From: Candidatus Sumerlaeia bacterium
GTDB taxonomy: Bacteria > Sumerlaeota > Sumerlaeia > SLMS01 > JANRJK01
Direction: 5' to 3'
Assembly (NCBI GenBank): GCA_033764015.1
Contig: JANRJK010000013.1
Coordinates: forward strand, 224,001 to 288,000
DNA length: 64,000 bases
The notes under the pieces were generated by a model that was given only the letters and a program-made list of their open reading frames with translations, had not been told where the DNA came from and searched no databases. The translations under genes and the position numbers were made by a program. Positions 28,865 to 38,700 of this stretch are shown piece by piece (within the stretch, counting starts at the first letter, position 1; each line of letters starts with the position of its first letter).

Positions 28865-31060
28865 TTAGTATCGCCGACCATGGCGCTTCGGCGCGCGGCG
28901 CGCGGGGGGGAAGGCGTCCTCCTCCAGCACGCGCAGGTCAAGCTCCTGCGTCATCGGGTCCGAGCGCAACACCTGCACCCGCACCTGCTGGCCCAGCTTG
29001 TAGCTCCGCCCGGAGTTCCTGCCCACCAGCCGGATGCCGAGGTCGTCCAGCTCGTACTTGTCGCTCCGCAGCGTGCGCACCGGCGCGAAGCCCTCGACCG
29101 GCAGCGACTCGAGCTCGATGAACATCCCCGCCTGCGACACCGACGCGATCAGCGCGTCGAACTCGTCGCCCTCGTGGCGCTTCATGTACTCGAGCGCCTT
29201 GATGCGCTGCGCCTCCCACTCGGCCTCCTGCGCCTCGCGCTCCTGCCCGCTCGTGTGGCGGCCGAGCTCGACCAGCTCCGCCGTGCCATCGTCGTCGGCG
29301 GGGTAGGGGAGCGGCGCGCCGCGGAGCAGCGCCTTGAGCTGGCGGTGCACGACCACATCCGGGTAGCGGCGGATCGGCGACGTGAAGTGACAGTAGCACT
29401 TGCTGGCCAGGCCGAAGTGGCCCGCGTTGCGGGGCGAGTACTCCGCGCGCTTCAGCGCGCGCAGGATCAGGCGCCGCACGATGTGCCCGCCCTTCATCGT
29501 CTCCGCCTTCGCGATCGCCTTCTGCAGCGCGTCCGGCGTCATCGACCCGTCCCGCAGGTTCAGCCGGATCCCGAACGCGCGCAGCACCGGCTCCAGCTTC
29601 CCGAGCCGGTCCTCGTCCGCCGGCTCGTGGATGCGGTAAAGCAGCGGGGCGCCGCGCTCCGTCAGGAAGTCCGCGACCGCCTCGTTCGCCGCCAGCATGC
29701 ACTCCTCGATCAACTGGTGCGACTCGTAGCGCGGGTAGAAGCGCAGGTCCGCCACGCGCCCCGCCTGGTCGAACACCACCTCGAGCTCCGGGATGTCGAG
29801 GTTGAGCGCGCCGCGCTCGAAGCGCCGCTTGCGCATCAGGCGCGTCAGGGCCAGCAGCTCCCGCAACTCGTCGTGGATGCCCTCGTACTGCAGGCGCAGC
29901 GCGTCGTCCCCGTCCAGCAGCTTCTGGATCTCCGCGTAGTTCGTGCGGTGCGCGCTGCGGATGGCGCTCTCGTGGAACTCCGTCCGGACGCGGCTTCCCG
30001 AGCGGTCGAACTCGATCACGGCGGTGAGCGTCAGCCGGTCCTCGCCGGGCCGCAGCGAGCAGAGGTCGCTGCTCAACCGGTTCGGCAGCATCGGCACCAC
30101 GCGGTCCACCGGGTAGACGCTGGTGGAGCGCTCGCGCGCCTCGGCGTCGAGGATGCCTCCCATGCGCATGAAGTGCGCGGGATCGGCGATATGCACGTAG
30201 AGCCGCCAGCCGGTCGGCAGCGTTTCGATGCTGAGCGCGTCGTCGAAATCCTTCGCCGTCACCGGGTCGATCGTGAACGTCGTCAGCTCGCGGTAGTCGG
30301 TGCGCCGGCGCATCTCGCCGTCCCAGTCCACGACCGCCCCGTTGGCCTCCGCCTCCGCGGCGGGGGAGAACTCCTCGACGATGCCGCGGTCGCGGAGCAG
30401 CAGGAGCACATCGATCCCCCGGTCGCCGTCGGCGCCGAGGCGCTCGACCACGCGCCCGCGGAGCGGCTCCGGCGCCTGCGTGAACTCGGTCACCTCGACG
30501 ACGACCCACTCGAAGTCGGCGATGCCGAGCGCCTGGTCCGGCGGCGGGGTGAGGATCTCGCGCTCGATCCGCTGGCTGCGCGGCATCACGCGGCCACCCT
30601 TGCGCGTGGCCTGGTACCAGCCGGCGATGCGCTGGTGCGTGTGCTCCAGCGTGTCCTTCACGCGCCCGAGCGGCCCCCGGTCGTCGATGCGGAGCACTTC
30701 CACGCGCACCAGGTCGCCGTGCAGCGCGTCGCCGGTGTTCTCCGGCGGGATGAACACATCGCCCTCGAACGGCGGACGGGCCCCGCCCGCGACCGGCTCC
30801 AGTCGCACGAACCCGAAGCCGCGCCGCGTCATCTCGAGACGGCCCGTGAATGTCGACCCCCCGCCCCCGGAGGCCACCCAGCGCTCGCCGCGCAGGCGCT
30901 TCGCCGCGCCTTCCTCCTCAAGCTCGAGCAGCGCGAGCCGCAGCGCCCGCCGGTGGCCGGGCCGCAGCTTCATGGCGCGCAGCAGCTCCTCGGTCGTCGC
31001 CGGCTCCGGCATCCCGCGCAGGACCGCCAGCAGCGCCGCGCTGTCGAAGGTGCCCGCCAC
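28865..31060 (-). CDS. rnr: Ribonuclease R
   Basis: CSD 'GFGFV', RNB motifs 'TIDPVTAKDFDDALS', 'VHIAD', 'HFTSPIRRYPD', and a C-terminal S1 domain with basic tail. Confidence 0.93.
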   Translation of the reverse strand: MAGTFDSAALLAVLRGMPEPATTEELLRAMKLRPGHRRALRLALLELEEEGAAKRLRGERWVASGGGGSTFTGRLEMTRRGFGFVRLEPVAGGARPPFEGDVFIPPENTGDALHGDLVRVEVLRIDDRGPLGRVKDTLEHTHQRIAGWYQATRKGGRVMPRSQRIEREILTPPPDQALGIADFEWVVVEVTEFTQAPEPLRGRVVERLGADGDRGIDVLLLLRDRGIVEEFSPAAEAEANGAVVDWDGEMRRRTDYRELTTFTIDPVTAKDFDDALSIETLPTGWRLYVHIADPAHFMRMGGILDAEARERSTSVYPVDRVVPMLPNRLSSDLCSLRPGEDRLTLTAVIEFDRSGSRVRTEFHESAIRSAHRTNYAEIQKLLDGDDALRLQYEGIHDELRELLALTRLMRKRRFERGALNLDIPELEVVFDQAGRVADLRFYPRYESHQLIEECMLAANEAVADFLTERGAPLLYRIHEPADEDRLGKLEPVLRAFGIRLNLRDGSMTPDALQKAIAKAETMKGGHIVRRLILRALKRAEYSPRNAGHFGLASKCYCHFTSPIRRYPDVVVHRQLKALLRGAPLPYPADDDGTAELVELGRHTSGQEREAQEAEWEAQRIKALEYMKRHEGDEFDALIASVSQAGMFIELESLPVEGFAPVRTLRSDKYELDDLGIRLVGRNSGRSYKLGQQVRVQVLRSDPMTQELDLRVLEEDAFPPARRAPKRHGRRY

Positions 31061-31066
31061 GCGCGG

Positions 31067-32761
31067 CTACTCGGCCGGCGGTGGAGGCATCGCCTCCACC
31101 ACCAGCCCCTTCGCCGGGTCCAGCGTCACGCGGTCCGACCACTCCACCACGCCGCGTCCGAACCGCTCGCGCAGCCCGAACGCCATCAGCTTGCCGTTCC
31201 ACTCGAGGAGCTGCGTCCGCCCCCACCCCTCCGGCAGCGTGAGCGCGACCGGCTCCCAGGCCCGCAGCGGATCCGTCGTGCGCAGCAGGACCGCTTCCGG
31301 TCCCGCCAGCAGATAGTTGACTGAGTCAAGCGTCGCCGCGCTCAGCCAGCGGGCTCCCTCGGGAACCGGCGCCGGCACCGGCCCCAGGTCCATCCAGCTC
31401 GTGAACATCGTCGCCGCCAGGGCGTGCACCCGCGCCGCGTCCGCCGCGTCCCTCGACAGCGACAGCATCAGCAACCCGTCGCGGAAGGGGAGCATCGCGT
31501 TGCCGCGCCACGCGACGGCGGCGGAGCCCTCGCGGTTCGGACCGGGCACGAACACCGGATTGCCGAGGCTCGGCGCCATGCGCGTCGAGTTCGCCGCCGC
31601 CGCCACGGCCAGCGCCTCCGCGCCATCCGGCGCCGCGGCGGTGAACGCCATGATGTTGAAGCCGTCGGCGTCGACGATCACCGACGGCGAGCCGAAGCCT
31701 CCCCCCGTCTGCGGATCGCGTTCGCGCAGCGCCATGATCTGCGACAGCGGCGCGAAGATCGGCGTCTTCCACAGCGCCACCTCCGCGCTGGTGGCCGGCA
31801 GCCGCTCTTCCGACCAGCGCCTCGGCGTTCCGGGAGGACCCGACATCGTCGCGAGGAACAGCTCGCCGTTCCACACGAACGCCGAGAAGTCCTCGATGGA
31901 CTGGATCGGCATCTCGTGCCAGTTGGGGAACTCGCCCTTCTGCGCAAGGAAGACCCCGAGCTGCGCCGCGCCGAGCGCAACGATGTCGCCGTTGGCCAGG
32001 CGCACCGCGGCCCTCATGGTGAGCGGCTCCGCGAGCGCCTTCGGCGCCGGCACATCGACGGAAAAGGACGTCATCGGGGTGTCCGCCGCGAAGCTGTCCG
32101 CGGAGAGCTTCGCGAGAAACGGTTCGCCGGAGGCGCCGGTGCCGTCTTCGACGAGCACTTGCAGCTCGGCGCCGTCGAGCTGCGCCGCTCGGGACGACGG
32201 AAGGAACACAAGCGCGGGCACGGTGGGTTGAAGCCCGGTCCACGTCCGCGTGGGCATCACGGGCGCGACTCCGTAGGCGTCGAGCGCTTCGGCGAAGCCC
32301 AGCTCCTGCTCTGCCACGACGCGCAACGCGCGTACCTCCGGGACGGAATCCTCGTCGCGCGGGCGGATGGAAAGCGTCGCGCTCGTCGCGCCGTCCCGCG
32401 TGTCGAGTCGCCAGCGGAGCGTCTCCAGCTCGCCGGCGCCGCGCGCCCGGCGGACGCCCTGCAATGTCGGCTGCGCCGAGTCGCCCGAGGTTCGCGCATG
32501 GACCTGCGCGGGTCCGGCGGCGAACACGTCGGCCTCCAGCACGAATGCGGAGTCGGCGCCCAGCCGCTCGGGAAAGTCGGCGGTCAGCGCGGGCGGCGGC
32601 ACCAGCAGGTCGCTCGGCCCCGAGTACCGCAGAAGCCACGCGCCGGAGCGCTCGCGGGCCATGCCGGGCGCCGCCTCGCGCAGGTTCTCGAGCGGCGCGG
32701 GTTCCCCGGGCAGCCCGTGGGCGAGGCAGCAGGCGACGATCAGCGCGGCGAGGGTTTTCAT
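31067..32761 (-). CDS. Secreted hypothetical protein with C-terminal GH32/GH43-like beta-propeller
   Basis: Signal peptide MKTLAALIVACCLAHG; blade-like segments 'EDFSAFVWNGELFL', 'SPSVI', 'GNPVFVP', 'SWMDLGPV'. Confidence 0.55.
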   Translation of the reverse strand: MKTLAALIVACCLAHGLPGEPAPLENLREAAPGMARERSGAWLLRYSGPSDLLVPPPALTADFPERLGADSAFVLEADVFAAGPAQVHARTSGDSAQPTLQGVRRARGAGELETLRWRLDTRDGATSATLSIRPRDEDSVPEVRALRVVAEQELGFAEALDAYGVAPVMPTRTWTGLQPTVPALVFLPSSRAAQLDGAELQVLVEDGTGASGEPFLAKLSADSFAADTPMTSFSVDVPAPKALAEPLTMRAAVRLANGDIVALGAAQLGVFLAQKGEFPNWHEMPIQSIEDFSAFVWNGELFLATMSGPPGTPRRWSEERLPATSAEVALWKTPIFAPLSQIMALRERDPQTGGGFGSPSVIVDADGFNIMAFTAAAPDGAEALAVAAAANSTRMAPSLGNPVFVPGPNREGSAAVAWRGNAMLPFRDGLLMLSLSRDAADAARVHALAATMFTSWMDLGPVPAPVPEGARWLSAATLDSVNYLLAGPEAVLLRTTDPLRAWEPVALTLPEGWGRTQLLEWNGKLMAFGLRERFGRGVVEWSDRVTLDPAKGLVVEAMPPPPAE

Positions 32762-34716
32762 AGGTTCCATGGGGGAAAGAGCAGGGCCTCGAAGGATTGC
32801 GGCTCAAGGGACCCCGGGACCGGCAGTGGCGCGAGCCATATCTCGGAACCGCGCGGGCCGCCACCGCTTTGGAACGTCGCCCCCAGCCGCGCGTGGCGGA
32901 GGAAGCGCAGCACGGCGTCCGCGTCCGCGCCCCCCGCCGGCGGGTAGGCGCGGAGCCATTGCTCCGCGTACCGGTTCCGCACCGACGCGGAATCCCCCGC
33001 GACGACGGGGTGTCGATCCAGTCCGTAGAACATCACGAGCCGGTTCCACTCGAACTCGTTCACCAGCACATGCGTGTACCCGGACGCGAACGCCGAGCGC
33101 GCCGTCGTGCTTCCCTCGGCAAGCCAATCCCAGCGGTCCCAGACCGTTGTGTAGGCCGCGCTCCTCGGCAGCAGCGCGCCGCGCGCGTCGAACAGCACCA
33201 GCAGCTTCGCATCCTTCGGCAGCGACTCCGCCGCGAGGTATGCCTCGATCAGCGGCCCGCCAAGGAAGCCCGCGAGCGCGGCGATGCGCCCTTCGCGGGT
33301 GATCGCCGGACGCGCCTGCAGGAGCGTCAGCGACCCGACGACCACCTGCCAGGCGACCGCCGCGCAAATCAGCGCCAAGGCGGGACCGCGCCAGCGCGCG
33401 GGGCGCAAGCTTCCCGCCAGCACGCCGACCGCGGCGCAAGCCAGCCCCACGTTAGGCAGCAGGAACCGCGCGGGCTGCCCGGCGAGCAGCGCGTGCGCGA
33501 ACACCCCGGCCAGCCCCGCCGCGGCGAGCGCCGCCGCCGGGCTCCGCCGCCGCAGCACCATCAGCGCGAGTGCTCCCGCAGCGGCAGCGCTCACGCGAGT
33601 TGGTCCCGCACTGAAAGCGAAGCCGAAGTCGCCCAGCCTCGCGAGGACGCTCGCCCAGTACGAAGGCTCGAGCGGCGTCTGCGGTCCGTGCGCCTCGACG
33701 ACGAGGGCGCGCTGCTCCGCGGTCCACGCCACCAGCCACGGGAACGGCGCGTCCAAGAACCATGCGGCGCGGATCATCCACGGCGCCATGGCGATGGCCC
33801 CTCCCAGCGCGGCGAATCCCGCGGCACGCGCCAGATCGCGCCGCGCGTCGCCTGAGATGAGCCGTGCGATTAGCAGCGCACCCGCAAGCGGCAGCAGCGT
33901 GATCGCGACGGCGCTGAGCTTCACCGTCGCGGCGCTCGCGAGCACGAAGCCGCCAAGCCCTGCCAACCACCGCGAACGGCCGGGCGCCTGCGAGCGCGAC
34001 GCAACCAGCAGTTCCGCACCGGCCAGCGCGTACAGCGCGACGAGGGGGTCCGTCAGGTGTTGCAGCGAGGCGCCCGTCGCCATCGGGTGCCAGAGGTAAA
34101 GCGCGGCGGCGAGCGCGCTACCTTTCCGCCGCGCGCCGCAGCGCAGCGCCAACGACGCCACGCAGGATGCGCCGCCGAGCATCGCGATCGCAGGCACCAT
34201 CGCCGCGCCGACGCCGCCGCCGCTCCGCCAGGAGACGAGTCGCTGCAGCGCCGGTGCGCCGAGCGGCGTGTCCGCGTAGAACATGCGCCACTCGCCCGTT
34301 AGCGCCGCTTGGTAGTTCCAAGCCAGCGGCAAATGGTAGCTCAACACGTCGTAGTTCGCCGGGACCACCAAGACGGCCCAGAGGTGCCAGGCGACAGCTA
34401 CAGCCACTGCCCCGAGGCCCACGGTGGCGATTGGCGTGTTGCGCCCACCCAGCCATGGGAATCGCACCCGCAAACTGCCTAGATTTGCGAAGACCAGCAA
34501 TAACGCCAGTGGTGCCAGCATGAATGGAAAAGGACGGACAGTGAAGGGGAGTGAACTCAGGAGACCTACTGCCAGCCCGGCACCGACCGAGACAGTCGGC
34601 CTTCGCCCCTTCCGTGTCCCGCACAGCCAAGTCCCGCATAGAGCCAAGAAGCCCGCACCGCCCAGCGCGAACAGGGCTTCCCAGACCGCCACCGTTTGAG
34701 AGTAGCCGGTCAGCAA
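32758..34716 (-). CDS. Multi-pass membrane protein, GT-C-like; start uncertain
   Basis: Loop motif 'NYDVLSYHLPLA', more than 10 TM helices, 'PWMIR', 'ARFLLP', soluble C-terminal domain. Confidence 0.6.
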   Translation of the reverse strand: MLTGYSQTVAVWEALFALGGAGFLALCGTWLCGTRKGRRPTVSVGAGLAVGLLSSLPFTVRPFPFMLAPLALLLVFANLGSLRVRFPWLGGRNTPIATVGLGAVAVAVAWHLWAVLVVPANYDVLSYHLPLAWNYQAALTGEWRMFYADTPLGAPALQRLVSWRSGGGVGAAMVPAIAMLGGASCVASLALRCGARRKGSALAAALYLWHPMATGASLQHLTDPLVALYALAGAELLVASRSQAPGRSRWLAGLGGFVLASAATVKLSAVAITLLPLAGALLIARLISGDARRDLARAAGFAALGGAIAMAPWMIRAAWFLDAPFPWLVAWTAEQRALVVEAHGPQTPLEPSYWASVLARLGDFGFAFSAGPTRVSAAAAGALALMVLRRRSPAAALAAAGLAGVFAHALLAGQPARFLLPNVGLACAAVGVLAGSLRPARWRGPALALICAAVAWQVVVGSLTLLQARPAITREGRIAALAGFLGGPLIEAYLAAESLPKDAKLLVLFDARGALLPRSAAYTTVWDRWDWLAEGSTTARSAFASGYTHVLVNEFEWNRLVMFYGLDRHPVVAGDSASVRNRYAEQWLRAYPPAGGADADAVLRFLRHARLGATFQSGGGPRGSEIWLAPLPVPGSLEPQSFEALLFPPWNL

Positions 34717-34793
34717 CTCCGCCTCCCGTCCCGCGTGCTTTCCATTCGCGCCGCGGGGTGGCTGCCCGCGACCCTTCGCGCAGGAGGGCCCCC

Positions 34794-35126
34794 ATGCGCG
34801 ACCTGATCTGCACGGCGAAGGAACTGAAGGAGATGCTCGGGCGTGGCGAGGCGTTCACGCTCCTCGATGTGCGCACGCCCAAGGAGCACGCCACCGCGCG
34901 AGTCGAGGGGTCCGTCCTCATCCCCATGGACGAGGTGCCGCGGCGGCTCGGCGAAATCGAGGACCTCGCCGAGCGCGGCCCCATCGTCGTCCTGTGCCAC
35001 CACGGCGTGCGCTCCGGCAGCGTGCAAGCCTACCTCCGCCAGCAGGGGATCGCGAACGTGCGCAACCTCGCCGGGGGCATCGACCGCTACTCGCTCGAGG
35101 CCGACCCGGCTGTGCCGCGCTACTAG
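34794..35126 (+). CDS. Rhodanese-like domain protein
   Basis: AGGAGG RBS; 'LLDVRTPKE', 'CHHGVRS', 'NLAGGID'. Confidence 0.9.
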   Translation: MRDLICTAKELKEMLGRGEAFTLLDVRTPKEHATARVEGSVLIPMDEVPRRLGEIEDLAERGPIVVLCHHGVRSGSVQAYLRQQGIANVRNLAGGIDRYSLEADPAVPRY

Positions 35127-35130
35127 CGCA

Positions 35131-35679
35131 TTACCCGTCCGCGCGCTTGTGGGCCGCCGCGAACTTGATGAACTCCCGGATCTCCGTCCTCAGCAGGTCC
35201 GCGGTGAACGCGTCGTTCAACTCGCCCGCCTCGTCCAGCTTCTTGTGCACCGCGCTGATGAACGTCCGGTGCGGCAGGTTGAATCCGTTGCGGTAGCCGA
35301 ACACCATCTGCAGCTGCTCGACCGCGCGGAGGCCGCCCCAAACGCCGGCGGCCACGCCGGTGTAGGCGACCGGCCGCTCCTCGAAGCTCTCGGGGAACTT
35401 CAGCATGTCGATGAAGTGCTTCAGCACGCCGGGGAAGCTCCCGTTGTACTCCGGCACAACCACGTGGAGCCCGTGCGCGCGCAGGATGCGCTCCTGGAAG
35501 GGCGCGAAGGAGGCGGGCTTCTCGGCGAAGGCGGACGGCAGGAAGATCTGCTGCGGCAGCGCCTGCAGGTCCATGAGCTGCGCGGAGGCTCCGGCCTCGT
35601 TGTACATGCGGACGATCAGCTTCGCCACTTTCAGCGTCGCGCTGCCGGGGCGGGTTGTTCCAGCGATGACCTCGATCAT
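35131..35679 (-). CDS. NADPH-dependent FMN reductase
   Basis: 'GTTRPGS', 'PEYNGSFPGVLKHFID', 'GGLRA'. Confidence 0.9.
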   Translation of the reverse strand: MIEVIAGTTRPGSATLKVAKLIVRMYNEAGASAQLMDLQALPQQIFLPSAFAEKPASFAPFQERILRAHGLHVVVPEYNGSFPGVLKHFIDMLKFPESFEERPVAYTGVAAGVWGGLRAVEQLQMVFGYRNGFNLPHRTFISAVHKKLDEAGELNDAFTADLLRTEIREFIKFAAAHKRADG

Positions 35680-35737
35680 GCCGTGGGGTTCCTTTGCGGA
35701 TGCGATGGCGCGGCCGCGGGCCGCGGGCCATCTCCGC

Positions 35738-38700
35738 TCACGCCATCGCGCGGCGCAACTCCCGGATCGCCGCCGTGAGGTCCTCGGCCCGCTGCCAGCG
35801 GTCCTCCTTCTTCTTCGCCAGGCACTTCGCGATCACCTGCCAAAGCCTCGGGTCGCACCCTTGGATCGGATCCGGCTCGCGGTGGATGTGCTGGTAGGTG
35901 AGGTCGCCTTCGGTGAAGGGGGGCCTTCCGTTCACGAACTCGTAGAGCATGATGCCGAAGCTGTAGATGTCCGCCCGGTTGTCCACCGGGATGCCCTGCA
36001 CCTGCTCCGGGCTCATGTAGAGCGGCGTGCCGATCACCGCGCCGACCATCGTGCCGTCCGTCGTCTGGTCCATCAGCTTCGCGATGCCGAAGTCGGTGAT
36101 CTTCACGTCGTTGCCGGAGGTGAGCATGATGTTCGCCGGCTTGATGTCGCGGTGCACGATGCCGAGGCGGTGCGCGTAGGCCAGCGCGTCGGCGATCTGC
36201 TCCGAGTAGTGGAGGATCTCCTTCACCGTGAGCTTGTCGCCGGTCTTCGCGCGCTTCTTCAGGTCGCTGCCGTCCACGTACTCCATGGAGATGTACTTGC
36301 GGCCCATCTCCTCGCCGATGTCGTGGATGCGCACGATGTAGGGGTGCGAAAGCTTGCGGGCGTTGCGCGCCTCGATCTTGAAGCGGCGCACCGCCTCCGG
36401 GTTGTTCGAAAGGCCGTCGGGGAGGATCTTCAGGGCGACCACCTCCTCCAGCTCCTTGTCGCGCGCGCGGTACACGATGCCCATGGCGCCGCGCCCCAGC
36501 TCGTCCAGCAGCTCGTAGCGCCGCGCCGCCTCCTCGCTCATCTCCTGCACGATGCTCGTCCGCTCGAACGCCGCCGGGTCGCTCGTCGAGCCCGACAGCA
36601 GCTCGAAGCGCCGCTGCACGTCCTTGTAATTGATGTCCGCCGCGAAGAGCTGCCGGTACACCTGCTTGGCGCCGACCAGGTCCTTCTTCGCCTCGTAGCG
36701 CTGCGCCAGGTCGTACAGCAACTCCTTCGTCTCCTCGTCCACCACCAGCTTCTTGTACTCCTGCAGCGCGAGGTCGAGCATCCCCTTCGCCGTGAAGCAC
36801 TTGCCGAGAGCCTTCGCCGACTCCGCCTCCCAGCGGTAGTCCTGCGCCGTCCGCTGGAACGAACCGATCGCCTTGTCGAACTCCCCCATCTGGTAGAACG
36901 TGCGGCCGAGGTTGAAGCGCACCTCGTGGTCGTCCTTCTCCTTCAGTAGCGCCTCGTACGCCGTCGTCAGCGACTTCTGCACCTCGGCGTTCGTCGGCTG
37001 GAGCTGGTACGCCTTCTCGAGCGTGCGGCGGGCGAGCTTCGATTCGCCGGAGGAGGTGAGCATCCGCCCCTTCTGTGTCAGCGCCAGGATGTTGTTCGGG
37101 TCCTTCGACAGCACCTTGTCGAGCGCGCTGAGCACGTTCTTCGCCTGGCCGGGATTGCCGTCGAAGATGACCAGCAGCTCCTCCATCGCCTCCCGGAGGC
37201 GGTTCGTCGCGATGAGGATTTCGACCACCAGCCACCGCAGCCGGAGCGCGCCCGGCTGGTCGTGGAGCACCTCGCGCGCATGGGCCAGCACCGCCGAATC
37301 CGCGCCCTCGCCGCACTGCAGCGCCCGCTGGTAAGCCTCGATCGCCCGCAGCTGGTCGTCCTTCTTGGCGTGGCACCGCGCGGCCGCAAGGTGCAGCGGC
37401 AGCGGACGGCTCGCGCCGGGGATCGCGCGCTCGTAGAGCGCCAGCGCCTCGTCGTCCGAGCGGCGCTTCTGCGCGTACGCCGACGCGAGGTTCGCCAGCG
37501 CGTCCTGGTCCTTCGGGTTCGCCCGCAGGATCCGCTCGTACTCGCCGATGGCCTCGTCGATCCGGTTCCCGTGCAGGCTCGCCTGCGCCTGGAGGCGCTT
37601 CAGCTCGTCGTCGCCCGGCGCGGCGGCCAGCAGCCGCTGCAGCAGCGCCAGCGCCTCGTCGTGCCGGCTCTGCGCCAGTAGCCCGCGCGCCATCTGCCGG
37701 CCCACCTTCGAGTCGGAGGGATCGGCTGCGAGCAGGCTCTCGTACACGGGCAGCGCCTCCGAATCGCTCCGGTCCTGCGCCATTAGCACCTTCGAGAGCG
37801 CCCCCAGGATCTCCGTGTTGTTCGGGTCCAGCCGGAGCCCCTCGCGCAGCGCGCGTTCCGCCCTCGGCTCCGCGCTCCCCAGGCGCACGTAGGACAGCGC
37901 GAGCTGCCGCGTGAGCTTCGGGTTCATCTGCCCCTGCTGCGCGAGCGCCTCCAGCGCCCGGACCGAAAGCGCGTGGTCCGACTTCAGCACCGCCGTCTGC
38001 GCCACCGCGCGAAGCGTCGCCGGATCGTCCGGGTTTTCCGCGTGCGAGCGGGTGTAGATCTCCACCGCCTCCGCGTCGTAGACGCCGCGGTCGTGGAGGA
38101 TCTCGGTCAGGGTGCGCAGCAGCTCCCGGTCCCCCGGCTGCTGCTTCAGCGCCCGCTTGAAGGCCTGCACCGCCTCGTCGTCCCGGCGCCCCCCGAGCAG
38201 GAAGCAGTGCGCCAGCAACGCGACCGCCGACGGATCGTCCGGGTTGTGCTTCAGCGCGTTGCGCACCTCGTCGATCGCCGGGCCGATCTCGTTCTTCTGC
38301 AGCTTGATCGCGCACAAGTGGCAGTAGGCGGGCGAGAAGGCGGGGTTGCCGTCCAGCACCTGGTAGCAAAGCGACTCGATCTCGCCGTCCGTCGCGCGGG
38401 CGTCGATGCACGACTCGAGGTAGGCCTCGAGGAAACGCTGGTCGTCGGAGCGGCGGGCGAACTCGTGCTGGTAGACCGGGTGCGCCTTCGCCGAGGTGTT
38501 GTTCGTCGCGAGGTACACGTCGCAGAGCGCGGCGTAGACCCGGTCCGTCGCGAGGCCGTTGCGGAGCGCCGCGCGCAGGCGCTTGGCCGCGCCTTCGTAG
38601 TCCTTCTTCGCCATGGCGCACATGCCGAGGCCGTACTCGAGCAGCTCCGGCTCCGGGAAGGTCTCAAGGGCGCGCGCGTACGCCGCCTCCGCGTCCGCGT

